A DNA stretch of 64,000 bases from Malacoraja senta (lineage: Eukaryota). Under the pieces are notes generated by a model, which was given only the letters and a program-made list of their open reading frames with translations, was not told the DNA's origin and did no database searches. Positions within the stretch are counted from its first letter, which is position 1, and each line of letters opens with the position of its first letter. The position numbers and the translations under genes are program-made. Shown here in pieces: positions 61,448 to 64,000 of the stretch. The stretch lies in assembly GCA_038087875.1 (NCBI GenBank), contig CM075988.1:14882001-14946000 (forward strand). The letters are read 5' to 3'.

Positions 61448-62075
61448 TGGGTGGCGCCGTACGATGGCAGCCTCGCCAACAGTCTGTCTCGTCCTTTTCT
61501 TCTTTTGTTATTTTAAGTCTGTTGTTAAACGTATATTTTAGTGCATCATTCGTTTTATATTATGCAGGGGGTGGGGGAAACGATTTTTAATCTCTTTCCT
61601 CGACGGAGATGCAACATTTTTCGTATCGTATCTCCGTCCGCGCTGCGGCCTAACATCGTGGAGCTGGCGTCCTCTTGTTGAGGATCGACTTCAGGAGCTC
61701 CAACCGCGGGAGCCTGCGGACTCAGCATTGTGGAGCTCATGGTCCCTTGGTTAGGGATCGACTTTGGGAGCTCCAAGCCGCAGGAACTTCGACCGCCTCG
61801 ATCGCGGGAGTTTTGCCCGCCGGCTGCGGGAGCTTCAATCACCCCGACTGCGGATGGTTTGACCGCCCCATCCGCGAGAGAATAAGGAGGAACGAAGATA
61901 AGACTTTATTGTCTTCAATCACAGTGAGGAATATGGGGGAGCCGCTGTGGTGGATGTTTATGTTAACCTTTATGTAGTTGTGTGCCTTGTTCCTTTTTTT
62001 GGTATGACTGTATGGCAAATCAAATTCCGTGTATGTTTTTACCTACTTGGCTAATAAATTCATTATAATTACAAT
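61448..62075 (+). mobile_element. Unclassified GC/CpG-rich non-coding repeat inserted in CR1
   Basis: Sharp compositional change and a LINE-like AATAAA tail. CR1 sequence lies on both sides. Confidence 0.5.
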
Positions 62076-63020
62076 TCCAACACTCCTAGATCCCTCTGCT
62101 CTACAACACTCCCAGACCCCTGCATTTCATTGTGCAGGTCCTGTCCTGGTTTGACTTCCAAAAATGCAGCACCTCAAGCTGATCTGTCTTAAACTCCATT
62201 AACCATTCCTCAGCTCACCTGCCCAACCAATCAAGATCCTGCTGCAATTTTGGATAACCATCTTCACTTTTTACAATACTACCTATTTAGTACCATCTGA
62301 AAAACTATTATTCAAGACTTGTACATTCTCATCCAAATTGTTGATCTAAGCCACAAAGAGCACTGATCCCTGAGGCACACCGCTAGCCACAGGCCTCCAT
62401 TCTGAAAAACAACCTTCCACCATCACCAGTCCTGAAGAAGAGTTTTGACCCAAAACGTTGCCTATTTCCTTTGCTCCATAGATGCTGCCTCACGCGCTGA
62501 GTTTCTCCAGCATTTTTGTCTACCTTTGATTTTCCAGCATCTGCAGTTCCTTCTTAAACGTTCCACCATCACCATCTGTTTCCTTCCAAGAAGCTAATTC
62601 TCTATCCTGTCAGCTAGCTTTCCCTGTATCCCATGCAATCTAACCTTCCAAAGAAGCCTACCATGCAGTACCTTATCAAATGCCTTGTCCATATAAATGT
62701 CTATGGCTTTGCCCTCATCAATCTTTTTAGTTAGTTCCTCAAAAAACTAAAATTCATGAGACACGATCTCCGAAGTACAAAACCGTGCTGACTATCCCTA
62801 ATCAGCAACTGTCTAAACAAATGCACATATGTCTTATCACACTCTCCAGTAATTTGCCTTCCACATACATTAGGCTCCCGAGTCTGTCATTCCCAGGCTT
62901 TTCCTTGCAATCCTTCTTAAATAGAGACATACCATTAGTCACCCTCCGGTCTTCCGGCACCACATCCATATGTAATGATGATTCGTATATCTCAGCTAGG
63001 GCATCTGTAATTTCTCCTCT
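62076..63020 (-). mobile_element. CR1 ORF2 fragment with a Penelope-like insert (~62428-62560)
   Basis: Translates EITDALAEIYESSL..VPED....LFKK..KEKPGN and KAFDKV. The PLE insert is flanked by TTCCACCATCACCA on both sides. Confidence 0.85.
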
Positions 63021-63260
63021 ACCTAACTTTGTCCCTCCTTCTCTCTGCGACCACTCAATCTCCATAATCCTTCATGGTAACTGCAATCCTCAAATTCTGG
63101 CCTGTTGACCTTGCCCAAATTTAATCATTCCTTCATTCTCACCCATTGCTTTCCTGAACTTTCCCCCCTCTTCTCCTCTCTTCCTTCCTTCCTTCAACAT
63201 GCCTTCAACTGTTTTGGTAATATATTTGGAGATCTGTCTCAATATGTCTTTCTGTCTCTC

Positions 63261-63291
<31 letters not shown>

Positions 63292-63926
63292 AGAAGTACA
63301 ATCATATGGCACCAAAGTGCCTAATATATAATGACTTATATAATATATAATATATAATGGCTTAATACATTTTATGTACAGCTTCTTATTTTTTTTATTA
63401 TGATAAAGAAGAATAAGAAAAAGAAAGTAGATAGTAGGTATTGGTGTATTTTTCCAGAATTTAAGTATTAGTTTTTTTGCTATTATTAAACCATAATTTA
63501 AAAATAAATTTTGAGATGAGTTCAATTTATTCCCATCTTCCATTACTCCAAATATAATCATTTCAGTATTAGGTTCCATTCTTATCTTGAATAATTTTGT
63601 AAATATTTCATAAATATCACTCCAAAATTTATAAAGTTTTATGCAGGAAACGAAAGAGTGTGTTATAGTTGCGTTTTGGGATAGACATTTATCACAAATG
63701 GGGAATATATTTGGATAAAATTTATTCAATCTAGTTTTTGAATAATATAATCTATGTAAAATTTTAAATTGAATTAAATTATGTCTTGCATTAATCGAAC
63801 ATTTGTGTATATAGATCAAATACTTTTCCCATGTAACCTTCGTAATTTTTATCATTAATTCCCGTTCCCACTCTTCTCTAAGTACCTCTGTCGATGGTAG
63901 GTCTATATTTAAAATACTATTATATA
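63261..63926 (-). mobile_element. 5'-truncated, internally deleted L1
   Basis: ORF 63205..63855 has IQFKILHRLY..CDKC..H.F.SC..FW..AKKLILKFWK. A (TAAAAA)n tail is present. TSD-like TTTCTGT(C/G)TCTC at 63249-63260 and 63927-63938. Confidence 0.88.
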
Positions 63927-64000
63927 TTTCTGTGTCTCATTGCTAAAAAAATGTATTAATAAATCCCCCCATTATTTTATTATGATATCTTGCTATATAA

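Overview
Eukaryotic, repeat-dominated DNA with no supportable host protein-coding gene. The repeat set (HE1-type V-SINEs, HER1/CR1 LINEs, Penelope-like, Rex1/Babar, L1, RTE) points to a cartilaginous fish, probably a skate or ray (inference). All long ORFs derive from transposons or satellites. Main structures: (1) two tiny minus-strand retroposons (1646-1735, 21336-21475) whose 5' ends fold by eye into minimal HDV-like ribozymes, with covarying stems between the two; (2) a complete 1.84-kb non-autonomous Helitron (12988-14829) and the 3' part of a relative (1-844), each carrying a satellite; (3) a full-length, decayed Tf1/sushi chromovirus (34281-39359) with a self-priming PBS, nested in a Harbinger-type MITE inside a CR1; (4) a hAT-type MITE with an 8-bp TSD; (5) a heavily rearranged BEL/Pao element (52825-60156) containing a 739-bp-arm palindrome and a duplicated flank; (6) many Penelope-like ends with a hammerhead-like core. 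There is a 200-N gap at 11757-11956. Boundaries of old, degenerate repeats are approximate. Family names come from motif recognition, not database searches.
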